64,000 nt of DNA. It comes from an uncultured Chloroflexia bacterium (GTDB taxonomy: Bacteria > Chloroflexota > Chloroflexia > Thermomicrobiales > Thermomicrobiaceae). The notes beneath the pieces were generated by a model, which made no database searches, had not been told where the DNA came from, and was given only the letters and a program-made list of their open reading frames with translations. Below are positions 39,601 through 49,442 of this stretch, one piece after another. Location of the stretch: contig CAWGGU010000008.1 in assembly GCA_963822235.1 (NCBI GenBank), forward strand, positions 411,364 to 475,363, read 5' to 3'. Position 1 is the stretch's first letter, and every line of letters begins with the position of its first letter. The translations under genes were made by a program, and so were the position numbers.

Positions 39601-39746
39601 TGGTCATTGGTGGATTGCTTACCTCGACGTTCCTGACGCTGGTCGTCATTCCGGTGGTCTTCAAGCTGATCGTGGGGCGCCAATATCGCAATCAGGAAGT
39701 TGTCGCGCCCGAGCCACAACGGGAAGAGGTGGGCGTGGGGGTCTAG
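36652..39746 (+). pseudogene. RND-superfamily efflux permease (AcrB/MMPL-like), disrupted by about six frameshifts between 37160 and 38282
   Basis: A conserved RND sequence can be followed across frames. It runs 36652-37163 in frame 1, 37164-37318 in frame 2 (ORF 37151-37342) and back to frame 1 until ~38064. It then alternates between frames 2 and 1 until ~38278, and is in frame 0 to 39746 (ORF 38268-39746). Confidence 0.8.
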
Positions 39747-39798
39747 AGCTGCCCTCATCGCCCGGCAGCTGTCACTCCTGACTGCCCTCATCCCCTAG

Positions 39799-39827
39799 CC
39801 CCTTCTCCCGCCGAGCGGGAGAAGGGG
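39799..39827 (+). terminator. 13-bp GC hairpin downstream of the RND gene
   Basis: CCCCTTCTCCCGC-CGA-GCGGGAGAAGGGG, with no U-tract. The flanking CTGCCCTCATC motif occurs twice (39749 and 39782). Confidence 0.35.
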
Positions 39828-40025
39828 AACAACTATGTTCGGTTCGCGGTGCCACAGCGGCGGATGAGAGCCGCTTGATGACGGCCACCCCGCCGTCCCT
39901 AGTTCCCCAACCACCCACCTCCAATCCCCGATAACCTCTCATGCCGCTCTCAGGAAACTCACAGGAACGGGTGCTTTAATCGTAATAGGGTCGTAGTCAT
40001 GCATGCTGAAATGAGGAGAATTCTG

Positions 40026-40763
40026 GTGGCCAATTCACGACTGTCTATTGACGCGGCGGAGGACCTCGATCTGCAGGGGTTACGCATTCTGGTGGTGGAC
40101 GACGAGTCATCCATCACCGAACTCCTCTCGACCGCGCTGAAATTTGTTGGGTTCGAAGTTATGGCGGTGGGCTCGGGACGTGACGCCCTCACGGCTGCGG
40201 CGTCCTTTGCGCCCAACCTCATCGTGCTCGACATCATGCTGCCCGACTTCGACGGGTTCGAGGTCTGCCGCAGACTACGCACGAGTGGTGACAAGGTGCC
40301 GGTCATCTTCTTGACCGCTCGCGACGAGCATGACGACAAGCTGCGTGGCTTCACCTACGGCGGTGACGACTACGTCGTCAAACCGTTCAGTCTGGAAGAA
40401 CTGATGGCGCGCGTGCGTGCGGTACTGCGACGAACCGGGTGCGGCGTCGAGCGGCCCAGCAACCGCCTTGCCTATGCCGACCTCGAGCTGGACGAGGAGC
40501 GATTCCAGGTGACACGCGGTGGCGACGTCGTACATCTTTCGCCGACCGAGTTCCGGCTCCTGCGCTATCTGATGATGAATGCCGATCGCGTGCTGTCGAA
40601 ATATCAGATTCTGGATCACGTCTGGCAATACGACTTTGACGGCGACGCCAGCGTGGTCGAGACCTACATCAGCTATCTGCGTAAGAAGATCGACGATCGT
40701 GACCCACGTTTGATTCAGACCATTCGCGGCTTCGGCTATTCGCTCCGCGTCGTTTCGGGCTAA
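40026..40763 (+). CDS. OmpR/PhoB-family response regulator
   Basis: Has the receiver motifs ILVVDDE, LDIMLPDFDG and KPF, plus a winged-helix C-terminus (TIRGFGYSL). GTG at 40026 lies 7 nt after GAGGAG. The longer ATG start at 39999 is also possible. Confidence 0.85.
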   Translation: MANSRLSIDAAEDLDLQGLRILVVDDESSITELLSTALKFVGFEVMAVGSGRDALTAAASFAPNLIVLDIMLPDFDGFEVCRRLRTSGDKVPVIFLTARDEHDDKLRGFTYGGDDYVVKPFSLEELMARVRAVLRRTGCGVERPSNRLAYADLELDEERFQVTRGGDVVHLSPTEFRLLRYLMMNADRVLSKYQILDHVWQYDFDGDASVVETYISYLRKKIDDRDPRLIQTIRGFGYSLRVVSG

Positions 40764-40765
40764 CT

Positions 40766-42208
40766 ATGCAGATCAAGACCCGGCTGGTCATCATCATTAG
40801 CGTTCTGGTGCTCGCCGCCTTCGCGCTTCTTGGCGCGGTGACGGTGACGGCGACTAAAGCGCGCATGATCGACCGGGTCGACTCGACGCTCTACCAGGCC
40901 TCGGGAAAAGGTGGCCACGACGGCCCTCCGGACGGCGGGCCGGAAGATTCGGGATATCCGTCATCAAAGCGTTCCGTTGCGTCGCTTTGGTTCGACGCTC
41001 AAGGGAATCTCCAGCAATCATCTCCATCAGGCTTCGAAGACAGCCCCGATCCCCTCCCGAATATCGCCGCGCTCGGGTTGAGTGGCATCCGCGACCACGT
41101 CGGCACGCCATTTACGGTCAAATCGGTTGACGGTGGCGAACTGAGCTATCGGGCGCTCATTCAAAGCGGCGGGAATGGGAACTTCGAAGTCGTTGCTGCT
41201 CCGCTGAGCGACGTGAACAGCACCGTTCGGGGTCTCATCCTGGTGATCGTGCTGACCAGTGCGGCCGTGCTTGGAGGCGTGGTCGTCATCGTCTGGTTCG
41301 TCGTGCGTCACGGTCTGCAGCCAATCGATTCAATGATCGATACCGCCGGAGTCATCGCCGCCGGTGATCTCTCCCAGCGCGTCGAGAATGAGAAGACGAC
41401 CAACGAGGTCGGTAAGCTAGGCCAGGCATTGAACGAGATGCTGGCCCAGATCGAGACCTCCTTCCTGGCCAAAGAGGAGTCGGAACGCAAGCTGCGGCAG
41501 TTCGCGGCCGATGCGTCGCACGAGCTGCGCACGCCGTTGACGTCGATTCGCGGCTACGCGGAGCTTTTCCGCAGCGGTGCGGCGGATGACCCTGACACGC
41601 TCAAGCGGGTCATGCTGCGGATCGAGTCCGAAAGCATTCGCATGGGTAAGCTGGTCGACGATCTGCTCTTGCTCGCCCGCCTCGATCAGGGACGTTCGCT
41701 GCGCCACGACCCCGTCGATCTGGCGCGGATCATCGAGAATGCCGTCACGGATGCGCGGGCCGTCGAGCCCGACCGACCGATCACACTCGAATCTCCCGAG
41801 CACGTGACGGTGACCGGGGACGCCGACCGCTTGAAGCAGGTGATCGACAACCTGCTGGCCAACGCGCGAGTACACACCGACCGCGAGCTGCCAGTGCAGG
41901 TCACGGTGGCGCGCGAGGGTGGCAACGCGATGGTTTCGGTCGCGGACTCCGGGCCGGGCATTGCTCAAAAGGATCTGGAGCACGTCTTCGATCGGTTCTA
42001 TCGCGTCGACACCGCGCGTACCAGACAACGAGGTGGCACCGGACTGGGGCTCTCGATCGTGGCCTCAATCGTGGAAGTGCATGGTGGGCGAGTCGGTGTG
42101 CGGAGTGAACCGGGCAAGGGAACGACCTTCAGCTTCTGGTTGCCACTCGCGGCTCAACCGGCCCAACGTGCCAAGCACATCGAGCCCGTTCCGGCCGCGA
42201 GAGACTGA
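40766..42208 (+). CDS. sensor histidine kinase (TM-periplasmic-TM-HAMP-HisKA-HATPase_c)
   Basis: Has the H-box [16 protein letters not shown]-box DNLLANA and G-boxes DSGPGI / [10 protein letters not shown]. It starts 2 nt after the regulator's stop. Confidence 0.9.
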   Translation: MQIKTRLVIIISVLVLAAFALLGAVTVTATKARMIDRVDSTLYQASGKGGHDGPPDGGPEDSGYPSSKRSVASLWFDAQGNLQQSSPSGFEDSPDPLPNIAALGLSGIRDHVGTPFTVKSVDGGELSYRALIQSGGNGNFEVVAAPLSDVNSTVRGLILVIVLTSAAVLGGVVVIVWFVVRHGLQPIDSMIDTAGVIAAGDLSQRVENEKTTNEVGKLGQALNEMLAQIETSFLAKEESERKLRQFAADASHELRTPLTSIRGYAELFRSGAADDPDTLKRVMLRIESESIRMGKLVDDLLLLARLDQGRSLRHDPVDLARIIENAVTDARAVEPDRPITLESPEHVTVTGDADRLKQVIDNLLANARVHTDRELPVQVTVAREGGNAMVSVADSGPGIAQKDLEHVFDRFYRVDTARTRQRGGTGLGLSIVASIVEVHGGRVGVRSEPGKGTTFSFWLPLAAQPAQRAKHIEPVPAARD

Positions 42209-42285
42209 ACTGGGAGTCATTTCGTCGTTCCCGGCCGGTCGCGACGTGACCGTTCTCAAAGCTCGACTGGATTGGACCGCACTGA

Positions 42286-43230
42286 TTGTCTTTCAAATGG
42301 AGGCTGACGGCCGCGGGCCTGATGCTGGTTGTGCTCATGGCACTCATGGTCGTCGGTTCCCGAGGAAATGATCCGCTACCCACACCGACGCCATCTCCCG
42401 TCGCCAGGGATAGCGTCCCCGCCTTCGACCACATCTACGTCATCGTCTTCGAGAACGAAGAGTCTGCCTCGGTGATTGGAAGCTCGAAGGCTCCGTATCT
42501 CAATCAGCTTGCCGAGAATTACGGCCTTGCCAGCAACTATGATTCAGTCGCGCATCCATCCCAACCCAACTACATCGCGCTCTGGTCAGGCGCGACGCAA
42601 GGCGTTATGGACGACCGCGTGCATCGCATCGACGCCCTGAATCTTGGCGATCAGCTGGAGGCGGCGGGCAAGAGCTGGATGGTCTATGCCGAAAACGTGC
42701 CGGTCGCTGACTCTGCTGGCGCGCCAACCTGCTACACCGGGGCGACGGCTTCCGGCGGTCCAGACGGCCCAGGTACGTATGCGCGCAAGCACAATCCGGC
42801 GGTGAGCTTTGTGGACGTGAGCAACAACAGCGCTCGTTGTGCCGCCCACATCTCGAACTTCTCTCACTTCGATCCGTCGGCGGCCAATCTGGAGCTGATC
42901 GTCCCGAACCTGTGTCACGACATGCACGATTGCGGAGTAGCGGCTGGTGATGCGTGGCTCAAGAACTGGCTTCCGCAGCACGTTCTCGATACACCGACCT
43001 GGCGAAACTCGAACAGCGCACTCTTCATCACCTGGGACGAAGGATCGAGCAATTCGGGTGGCGGCGGTCGAGTGGCGACGATCGTAATCTCAAAGCACCC
43101 GCGCGCCGGTTTCACGTCGGACGTTCCGCACACGCACTATTCGTTGCTGCGCACGATAGAAGATGCCTGGGGATTGGATTGCCTGAAATACGCCTGCGAG
43201 GCCAACACGTTGGGCGAGTTCTTCAAGTAG
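42286..43230 (+). CDS. secreted phosphoesterase-family protein (acid phosphatase/phospholipase C-like, PF04185-type)
   Basis: Has FDHIYVIVFENE and AHPSQPNYIALWSG motifs and an N-terminal signal/anchor. The TTG start is uncertain. Confidence 0.7.
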   Translation: MSFKWRLTAAGLMLVVLMALMVVGSRGNDPLPTPTPSPVARDSVPAFDHIYVIVFENEESASVIGSSKAPYLNQLAENYGLASNYDSVAHPSQPNYIALWSGATQGVMDDRVHRIDALNLGDQLEAAGKSWMVYAENVPVADSAGAPTCYTGATASGGPDGPGTYARKHNPAVSFVDVSNNSARCAAHISNFSHFDPSAANLELIVPNLCHDMHDCGVAAGDAWLKNWLPQHVLDTPTWRNSNSALFITWDEGSSNSGGGGRVATIVISKHPRAGFTSDVPHTHYSLLRTIEDAWGLDCLKYACEANTLGEFFK

Positions 43231-43251
43231 TTACGTGAAAGTCCGAAGAGA

Positions 43252-43284
43252 ACGCGCCTCTCGAACAACGTTCGAGAGGCGCGT
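43252..43284. terminator. perfect 15-bp hairpin between convergent genes
   Basis: ACGCGCCTCTCGAAC-AAC-GTTCGAGAGGCGCGT. No clear U-tract on either strand. Confidence 0.45.
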
Positions 43285-43309
43285 CGTTGGCCGTATTACA
43301 GCCCGAGGA

Positions 43310-46300
43310 TCAGGCGACGACCGCCGCGATGCCGGAGTCGCTCACCTTCTTGTTGAAGGCGGCGAGGTCAGACGAGACGATCTGTCGTACCTTCTCCTGC
43401 TCGGCATCGACTCGGCCGCCAAGATCGGCGAAGACCTCATGCGCGCCCTGGGTGGGTGCGTCGTCCGATTCGTCGATCATGGCGCTGAGCGTCGTCAGCT
43501 TATCCTTCAGACGCGAGCCGCCCGGCTGCGGTGAGTCTGGCTTGACCTGGATCAGTCCATCCAGAACCGCCTCGAGCTTTTCCTTGACGGCCTTGGCGTC
43601 GCTCTTCAGCGATTCATCGCCGCCAGCGGCCTCGATGCGTTCGGTCCAGCCGTCGAGCTGCTTGTTGATGGCGTTGATCTGGTTGACCACCTCGTGCAGC
43701 TGCGACACTTTGTCGCGGATGCCCGACTTCATCTGGTACTGCTCGGCCAGCGCCTCGTCGGTGGCGTCCAGTCGCGGGTCGCGCACGATGGTGAAACGCT
43801 CAGTCATGGTTTCGTCACCAACTTTGAGCTCGACCGTGTACTCGCCCGGATTTGCCCGCGGTCCGAGACCTGCCTCGGCCATCTGGCCACGTTGATTCTT
43901 GGGCATGTCCTGCTTGATCTTGGTCGGACCAGCCCCCCGATAATCCCAGACAAAGCGGTTGGCGCCCGCGGCGACCGGCACACGAGGTGTGTCATCCCCT
44001 TCGCTTGAGAAGGCGTTGAGCTCGTTGCCATTCGCATCGAGGATGCGCAGCGTCACGTCGCCGTCCGGCTTGCTCTTGAGGTAGTAGTGGATGACCACTC
44101 CGTTGGGTGGGTTCTTGCCGGCATCCAGGAAGTCGAACTCCTGGGTGCCCATGGGCGTCTCGCGCGCCCGCAGGGCGACCGTCACCGGACCGGCCATCAT
44201 GTAGTTGACGCGGTCCGACGTCTTGTCGCCGTAGGGTCGACCGTAATGGCGGACGCGCGTCGTGTCGCGCGGCTTGAACAGGTGCGCGCTCTTGCCCGCG
44301 ATCTGCTCCTGCATCTGATGCAGTGGACTCAGGTCGTCCAGGATCCAGAAGGCGCGACCGTGCGTTGCCACCACGAGATCGGTCCCCTTGACGACGAAGT
44401 CGTAGACCGGCGTGACCGGCAGGTTGCTCTCGAGCCGCTGCCAATTCATGCCGTCGTCGAAGGAGACGTAGATGCCCGTTTCGGTTCCGGCGTAGAGGAG
44501 TCCCTTGCGGGCCGGATCCTCGCGGATCACGCGTGTGAACTCGGTGTTCGGGATTCCGCCGGTGATCAAGGTCCAGGACTGACCATAGTCGTTCGTTTTG
44601 AAGAGATACGGCTTCAGGTCGTCCGATTTGTAACGTGTGGCGGCGACGTACGCGGTGGCCGCGTCATGCGGCGACGGCTCGATGATGCTGACCATCGACC
44701 ACTCCGGTAGTCCCGGAGGCGTGATGTTCTGCCAGCTCTGTCCGTCGTCACGGGAGACGTGAACCAACCCGTCGTCGCTCCCGGCCCACAGAACGCCCTT
44801 CTCATGCTTCGACTCGGCGAAGGCGAAGATGGTGCCGTAGATTTCGGCGCCGGAGTTATCCGCCGTGATCTTGCCGCCCGAAGACTGCAGCGTTTTGGGA
44901 TCGTTGCGCGTCAGGTCTGGGCTGATCGTCGCCCAGCTCGAACCTTCGTCCGTCGAACGATGGACGTAGTTGGAGCAGATGTGCAGCACATTCGGATCGT
45001 GCGGCGAGAACTCGACCGGGAAGGTCCATTGGAAACGATACTTGAGCGCAATCGCGCCTGAGCCGAAGCCGTTGACCTCCGGCCAGACCGTGACGTTGCG
45101 CTTCTGTCCCGTCTCGGGATTCCAGCGAACCAGTCGTCCATGCCCAGGACCCGTGCCGATGCCGCCACCGAAGACGCGATGCGGTGGCTTGGGGCTGATG
45201 GCGATATAGCCACTCTCGCCGCCGCCCGGCTCGGTGTAATCGATCCAGGTGATCGCGCCCTCGTTGCCGATGCTCGGCAAGCGCATGGCGTAGTTATCCT
45301 GCTGTGAGCCATAGACGTGGTAGGGGAACTGATCATCGGCCGCGACGTGATAGAACTGCGCGGTCGGCTGATTCAGGATCGACGACCAGGAGTGCCCGCC
45401 GTCGAAGCTGACCGAGGCGCCGCCGTCATTACTCTCGATGAGGCGGTTCGAATCGTTGGGGTCGATCCAGAGCCCGTGGTTGTCGCCGTGCGGCGTCGGA
45501 ATGGCCTCGAAGGTCTTGCCGCCGTCGGTCGATTTCCAGCAGTTCAGGTTCAGGATCCAGACGGTGTTCTCGTCCTGCGGGTCGGCGTAGATGTGCATGT
45601 AGTACCAGGGCCGTCGCCGCAGGTTCGGATCCTCAGCCAACCGCTCCCAAGTCTTGCCGTAGTTGTCGGAGCGGAAGACCGCGCCGTCCTCGGCCTCGAT
45701 CACTGCCCAGACCCGACCGGCCTGAGCGCCGGAGGCCGCGACGCCGATCTTACCGAGTACACCGGTCGGCAAGCCGGGGTTGCGTGTAATGTCCTCCCAG
45801 GTGTCGCCACCGTCGAGGCTGCGCCAGATGCCGCACTCATCGCCGCCGCTTTCCAGCGTGTACGGGTAGCGCTGCGCTTCCCAGATCGCGGCGTAGACGA
45901 CGCGCGGGTTGGACGGATCGAGCGTAACGTCAACAGCACCGGCCTTCTCGCTCTTGTAGAGGACCTTCTCCCACGACTTGCCGCCGTCTTTGGTGCGATA
46001 GACGCCGCGTTCCTCATTCGGTCCCCAGGCATGGCCGAAGGCCGCCACGAAGACGATGTCGGCATCCGTCGGGTCGACGGCGATGCGCCCGATATGGCGC
46101 GTCTCGGCCAGCCCCATGTTGGTCCAGCTGGCGCCGCCGTCGGTCGATTTGTAGACACCATCACCATGAGAGATGTTGCTGCGGAGCGCGGCTTCGCCGG
46201 TCCCGACGTAGATGACGTTAGGATCGGAGTGCGCGACTTCAATCGCTCCGACGGCTGACGTTTTGAAGAACCCGTCAGAGACGTTCTCCCAGTAGGATCC

Positions 46301-46450
46301 GCCGCTGGTGGTTTTCCAGACACCGCCCGCGCACGCACCGAAATAGAATGTGCCGCGGTCGTTGGGATCGCCCGAGACTGTCACGACTCGACCGGCGCGA
46401 TGGGGGCCGATCAGTCGAAACTCGAGCGACTGGAGTAGCTTATCTTCCAC
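43310..46450 (-). CDS. Asp-box (BNR) repeat beta-propeller protein, sortilin/VPS10-like
   Basis: There are at least 10 Asp-box motifs (STDGGASW, TKDGGKSW, SLDGGDTW, SDNYGKTW, STDGGKTF, SFDGGHSW, STDEGSSW, SRDDGQSW, TNDYGQSW, SFDDGMNW). GTG at 46450 lies 8 nt after ACGGAGGGAG. The track start TTG 46477 is also possible. Confidence 0.85.
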   Translation of the reverse strand: MEDKLLQSLEFRLIGPHRAGRVVTVSGDPNDRGTFYFGACAGGVWKTTSGGSYWENVSDGFFKTSAVGAIEVAHSDPNVIYVGTGEAALRSNISHGDGVYKSTDGGASWTNMGLAETRHIGRIAVDPTDADIVFVAAFGHAWGPNEERGVYRTKDGGKSWEKVLYKSEKAGAVDVTLDPSNPRVVYAAIWEAQRYPYTLESGGDECGIWRSLDGGDTWEDITRNPGLPTGVLGKIGVAASGAQAGRVWAVIEAEDGAVFRSDNYGKTWERLAEDPNLRRRPWYYMHIYADPQDENTVWILNLNCWKSTDGGKTFEAIPTPHGDNHGLWIDPNDSNRLIESNDGGASVSFDGGHSWSSILNQPTAQFYHVAADDQFPYHVYGSQQDNYAMRLPSIGNEGAITWIDYTEPGGGESGYIAISPKPPHRVFGGGIGTGPGHGRLVRWNPETGQKRNVTVWPEVNGFGSGAIALKYRFQWTFPVEFSPHDPNVLHICSNYVHRSTDEGSSWATISPDLTRNDPKTLQSSGGKITADNSGAEIYGTIFAFAESKHEKGVLWAGSDDGLVHVSRDDGQSWQNITPPGLPEWSMVSIIEPSPHDAATAYVAATRYKSDDLKPYLFKTNDYGQSWTLITGGIPNTEFTRVIREDPARKGLLYAGTETGIYVSFDDGMNWQRLESNLPVTPVYDFVVKGTDLVVATHGRAFWILDDLSPLHQMQEQIAGKSAHLFKPRDTTRVRHYGRPYGDKTSDRVNYMMAGPVTVALRARETPMGTQEFDFLDAGKNPPNGVVIHYYLKSKPDGDVTLRILDANGNELNAFSSEGDDTPRVPVAAGANRFVWDYRGAGPTKIKQDMPKNQRGQMAEAGLGPRANPGEYTVELKVGDETMTERFTIVRDPRLDATDEALAEQYQMKSGIRDKVSQLHEVVNQINAINKQLDGWTERIEAAGGDESLKSDAKAVKEKLEAVLDGLIQVKPDSPQPGGSRLKDKLTTLSAMIDESDDAPTQGAHEVFADLGGRVDAEQEKVRQIVSSDLAAFNKKVSDSGIAAVVA

Positions 46451-46758
46451 GAGCTTGACTCCCTCCGTTACAGACAAGACCCGGACGTCCAGCGATCACA
46501 CGAGGTGCTGTGAGCATCCAAGGGCCACGAACGATTGTCGAACGCTTCGCGGCCGCTGTCAAAGCGTCCGAGGTGCACCAGCTCGGGGACTGGGCACGAA
46601 GTCGATCGTCCAACAGGTTCGATTTCGAGCACACGATGATTCACTGCCATACGACGCTTCACTGCCGATCGATTGCCTGTTGAACTGCGGGTTCGTTCTC
46701 GCGGTACTCAGAGACCGGTCGTGTTTGTGCGACCTGTAACCCACTTGGCAGCGGCGCA

Positions 46759-46786
46759 TTGACATCCCGTGCTAAACATCTAGTCT
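46759..46786 (+). promoter_or_regulatory. candidate sigma70-type promoter for the 599-aa gene
   Basis: TTGACA, a 16-nt spacer, then TAGTCT, about 90 nt upstream of the ATG at 46876. Pattern match only. Confidence 0.3.
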
Positions 46787-46875
46787 AGAAGCTGATTCTC
46801 CGTGACTTCGGCTAGATAACCAGACGCTTACGAAGCGCGTCGATCTCCGTCCGGCGCTCAGCGAATGGATGCCAT

Positions 46876-48675
46876 ATGTCGCAGTACGTCCGCACCCGGC
46901 GCCGTGAATCCGCAGGGCGATCAGCCTCCGACGCGGCCGCTGAGGCTCTCTCCGATCGGTCGTCTCAAGGTCGCTCAGAGGCGGATTCTCCAAATGCCGT
47001 CGCTCCCGGCGGCGTCAGCGGGAACGTCGGATACAACCTCGCCGATCTCGCCATCTATCCTTCGGCCGAACCTGCTGCGGACTCCGCGGCCCAATCCGGC
47101 CCGATCATCCAACGTCAACCGGCGTCCACGGCTGATGCCTCGACCGCTCAGCATTCGCCATCCGGAGGGAGCAAGGCGGGTGCGAAGGAGAGTGGTGACG
47201 ACTTCATTGACTTCTTGCAGGGCATCGACGATTTGACGACGGCCGCGGCGCCGGCCACGCAGGGCGCCGGATTAGCGAAAGTCTCATTTGGCGGCCACAT
47301 TTCAGATCAGCATCTCGGACAGCTCGAGATGCTGAGATCCGCGCTGCTCCTTGTCTACGATTCCAGTCCGGATGCGCATCATCAAGCACTGGCGGTCTGG
47401 GAATCGATACAGGGCGACCTCTGGGCGGGACTGCGCCAGGCGCCGCGCTTCATTCAGGGCGACATCACCCAGCTCAACGACATGATCGGCAAGGATCTGA
47501 CCTATATCAGCGAGCAGCTCATTCGGCCTGCTGCCTATTGGGAGGCGCATCAGCAGGGGCTCGAGCGCGGCAAGCTGGAGGCCCCTGACCTCGTCGACAT
47601 GCAGGCAAAGCTCGAGGCGGAGGAGAACGCGCTCGAGGAGGCGGAAGGACTCTCGAATGATGCCGGCAAGCTCATCAGCGAGGGCATCGGAGCGGCCATC
47701 CTCGGGAAAGCCAACCTGGGCAAAGAGATCTTCGAGATCGTGCGGATGCCGGGTGAAATGGGCGAAAAGCTCGAGAAGGCCAAGGAGATGCACGTCATCT
47801 CCCAGGTTGCTACTGCAATCGACCTGGTCGCCGAGATCGCCAAGCTGAAGACGGTCATCATCGAGACGACCTTTGATGTGTTGAAGGATCGCGCCGAGGA
47901 TTTGGCCAAGGAGGCGCTGAAAGAAGGCTCTGAGGAGCTCGCCAAACATTGGGAGGGACTGGCCGAAGGCTACGGCAAGTACGTGCAATCGCTCAAGACG
48001 ATCGGCACCGTCTTTGGCGTCGTCGTCGCGGCCGCGGATTTGTTGAAGGCGTTCGATGACGCACTTCACGGAGATTGGGAAGCGGCCGCAGGTCACGCCG
48101 CCGAAGGTGGGATCGGGTTGCTGAGCGCACTCGGCCCCGAGGGATCTGCTCCGCTAATCGGAACCATCGTCATCCTCGCCAAAGTGGAGATTGCGGCGAT
48201 TCACATGGCGGCCGAATTCATCCGTTGGTGTGAAGACGAAACTGTGCGTGACGCGGCTCGCTCGTTCATCGACGTGTGCGTCAAGGTCGCGAGGTGGCCC
48301 GCTCAGGACCTCGTTGCCGACGTCGAGGCCTACTTCGATCCATCCAACAGCAGCATCCAGGACTTGATCGAGAAGCGGTTCAACACCTATCAGGCGCCGA
48401 TGGTGCAAGGTCTGGCGGCTATTGCCGCGGAAGTGGAGTGCACGGAGCCGAGCTGTCTTGGCGGCCACGGCGATCTTCGTGACGCACTTGGCGAGAAGGC
48501 GCGTGAGGCCATCAGCGGACTGGCCTTTCCCACCGACCCACTTTCGATGGCACAGCAGATCGCGGACATCTTCGGCGGCGCGAACGCCATGGCCAAGTAC
48601 GTCCACTCAGCCTATCCAACAGACACTGAGAAGGCGGCTCGCGAGTCCAAGAAAAAGAAGGAGGGCGGGGAGTAG
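46876..48675 (+). CDS. hypothetical 599-aa protein: disordered N-terminus with a DUF4157-leader-like motif, long helical body, two hydrophobic Gly/Ala-rich segments, Lys-rich tail
   Basis: Uninterrupted ORF with coding-like composition. The N-terminal VGYNLADLAIYPS...GPIIQRQ resembles the FGHDFSxIPxHP...IQRK leader recalled from DUF4157-type proteins. There is no HExxH and no signal peptide. Confidence 0.7.
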   Translation: MSQYVRTRRRESAGRSASDAAAEALSDRSSQGRSEADSPNAVAPGGVSGNVGYNLADLAIYPSAEPAADSAAQSGPIIQRQPASTADASTAQHSPSGGSKAGAKESGDDFIDFLQGIDDLTTAAAPATQGAGLAKVSFGGHISDQHLGQLEMLRSALLLVYDSSPDAHHQALAVWESIQGDLWAGLRQAPRFIQGDITQLNDMIGKDLTYISEQLIRPAAYWEAHQQGLERGKLEAPDLVDMQAKLEAEENALEEAEGLSNDAGKLISEGIGAAILGKANLGKEIFEIVRMPGEMGEKLEKAKEMHVISQVATAIDLVAEIAKLKTVIIETTFDVLKDRAEDLAKEALKEGSEELAKHWEGLAEGYGKYVQSLKTIGTVFGVVVAAADLLKAFDDALHGDWEAAAGHAAEGGIGLLSALGPEGSAPLIGTIVILAKVEIAAIHMAAEFIRWCEDETVRDAARSFIDVCVKVARWPAQDLVADVEAYFDPSNSSIQDLIEKRFNTYQAPMVQGLAAIAAEVECTEPSCLGGHGDLRDALGEKAREAISGLAFPTDPLSMAQQIADIFGGANAMAKYVHSAYPTDTEKAARESKKKKEGGE

Positions 48676-48700
48676 CGTTCTCGATCGCTCTGCAAAGACG

Positions 48701-49207
48701 CTAGTCGTTGTGCGGGACGAACTCGACGATCGGGAGCTCCTCGGCATGTTCGACCGCGATGGCGATTTCATTTTCGTAGTCGAATGCGCGGGTGAGCCGC
48801 AGCAACGGACGGATGAATTGGGGCGGACCGCAATGCTTCGATTGCTCTCGCATACGCAACATCAGGCTGATTCTGCGATCGGGGTCGGTGATGGGCTGCG
48901 CGGTCGCGTGGATCGTCTTCCGGCCGACTCGCATGGTCACCTCAGGGTTGGCTACGACATTTCGATACCAATTTGAACTGACGCCCCAGCCTGAAAACGA
49001 GATGTAGTTTCCGTTGAGCTTCATGTAGCTCACACCGGTGGTGCGTGGTAGTCCGGACTTGCGGCCCGTCGCGGTTAATACCATGACGCAACGGGAGCTC
49101 ATAAGCGACGCGAGCGGACCGTGATAGAGATGAGGTGGAAGCTTGAGACCGATTCTGAGGAGCGCTCCCGCCCTTTGCCGCTTGAATCCCTCGAGTGGTG
49201 ATGCCAC
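48701..49207 (-). CDS. deazaflavin (F420H2)-dependent nitroreductase-family protein (DDN/DUF385-like)
   Basis: Has LTATGRKSGLPRTTGVSYM...SGWGVSSNWYRNVVANPEVTM, the typical DDN split-barrel pattern. GTG at 49207 lies 8 nt after GGAGGAG. Confidence 0.75.
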   Translation of the reverse strand: MASPLEGFKRQRAGALLRIGLKLPPHLYHGPLASLMSSRCVMVLTATGRKSGLPRTTGVSYMKLNGNYISFSGWGVSSNWYRNVVANPEVTMRVGRKTIHATAQPITDPDRRISLMLRMREQSKHCGPPQFIRPLLRLTRAFDYENEIAIAVEHAEELPIVEFVPHND

Positions 49208-49442
49208 GTAGTCCGCTCCTCCGGTACCGAGCAATCATGCGTGATGTTGACCATTGTATCGTGGGAGATCAATCCTGGCCGGTGTGTCAATGGCCGTTCG
49301 TTATCAGGTCGTGGAATGCATACCGGGAGATCGGGTCTTCTGCATGGCGGACTAGGGACCTCAACTTGCGGAGGAAGTCCGGTCATCATGACGGATCGGC
49401 TGACGGATACGAGACCCGGTCTAGAAGTGAGTGGGGAAAACG

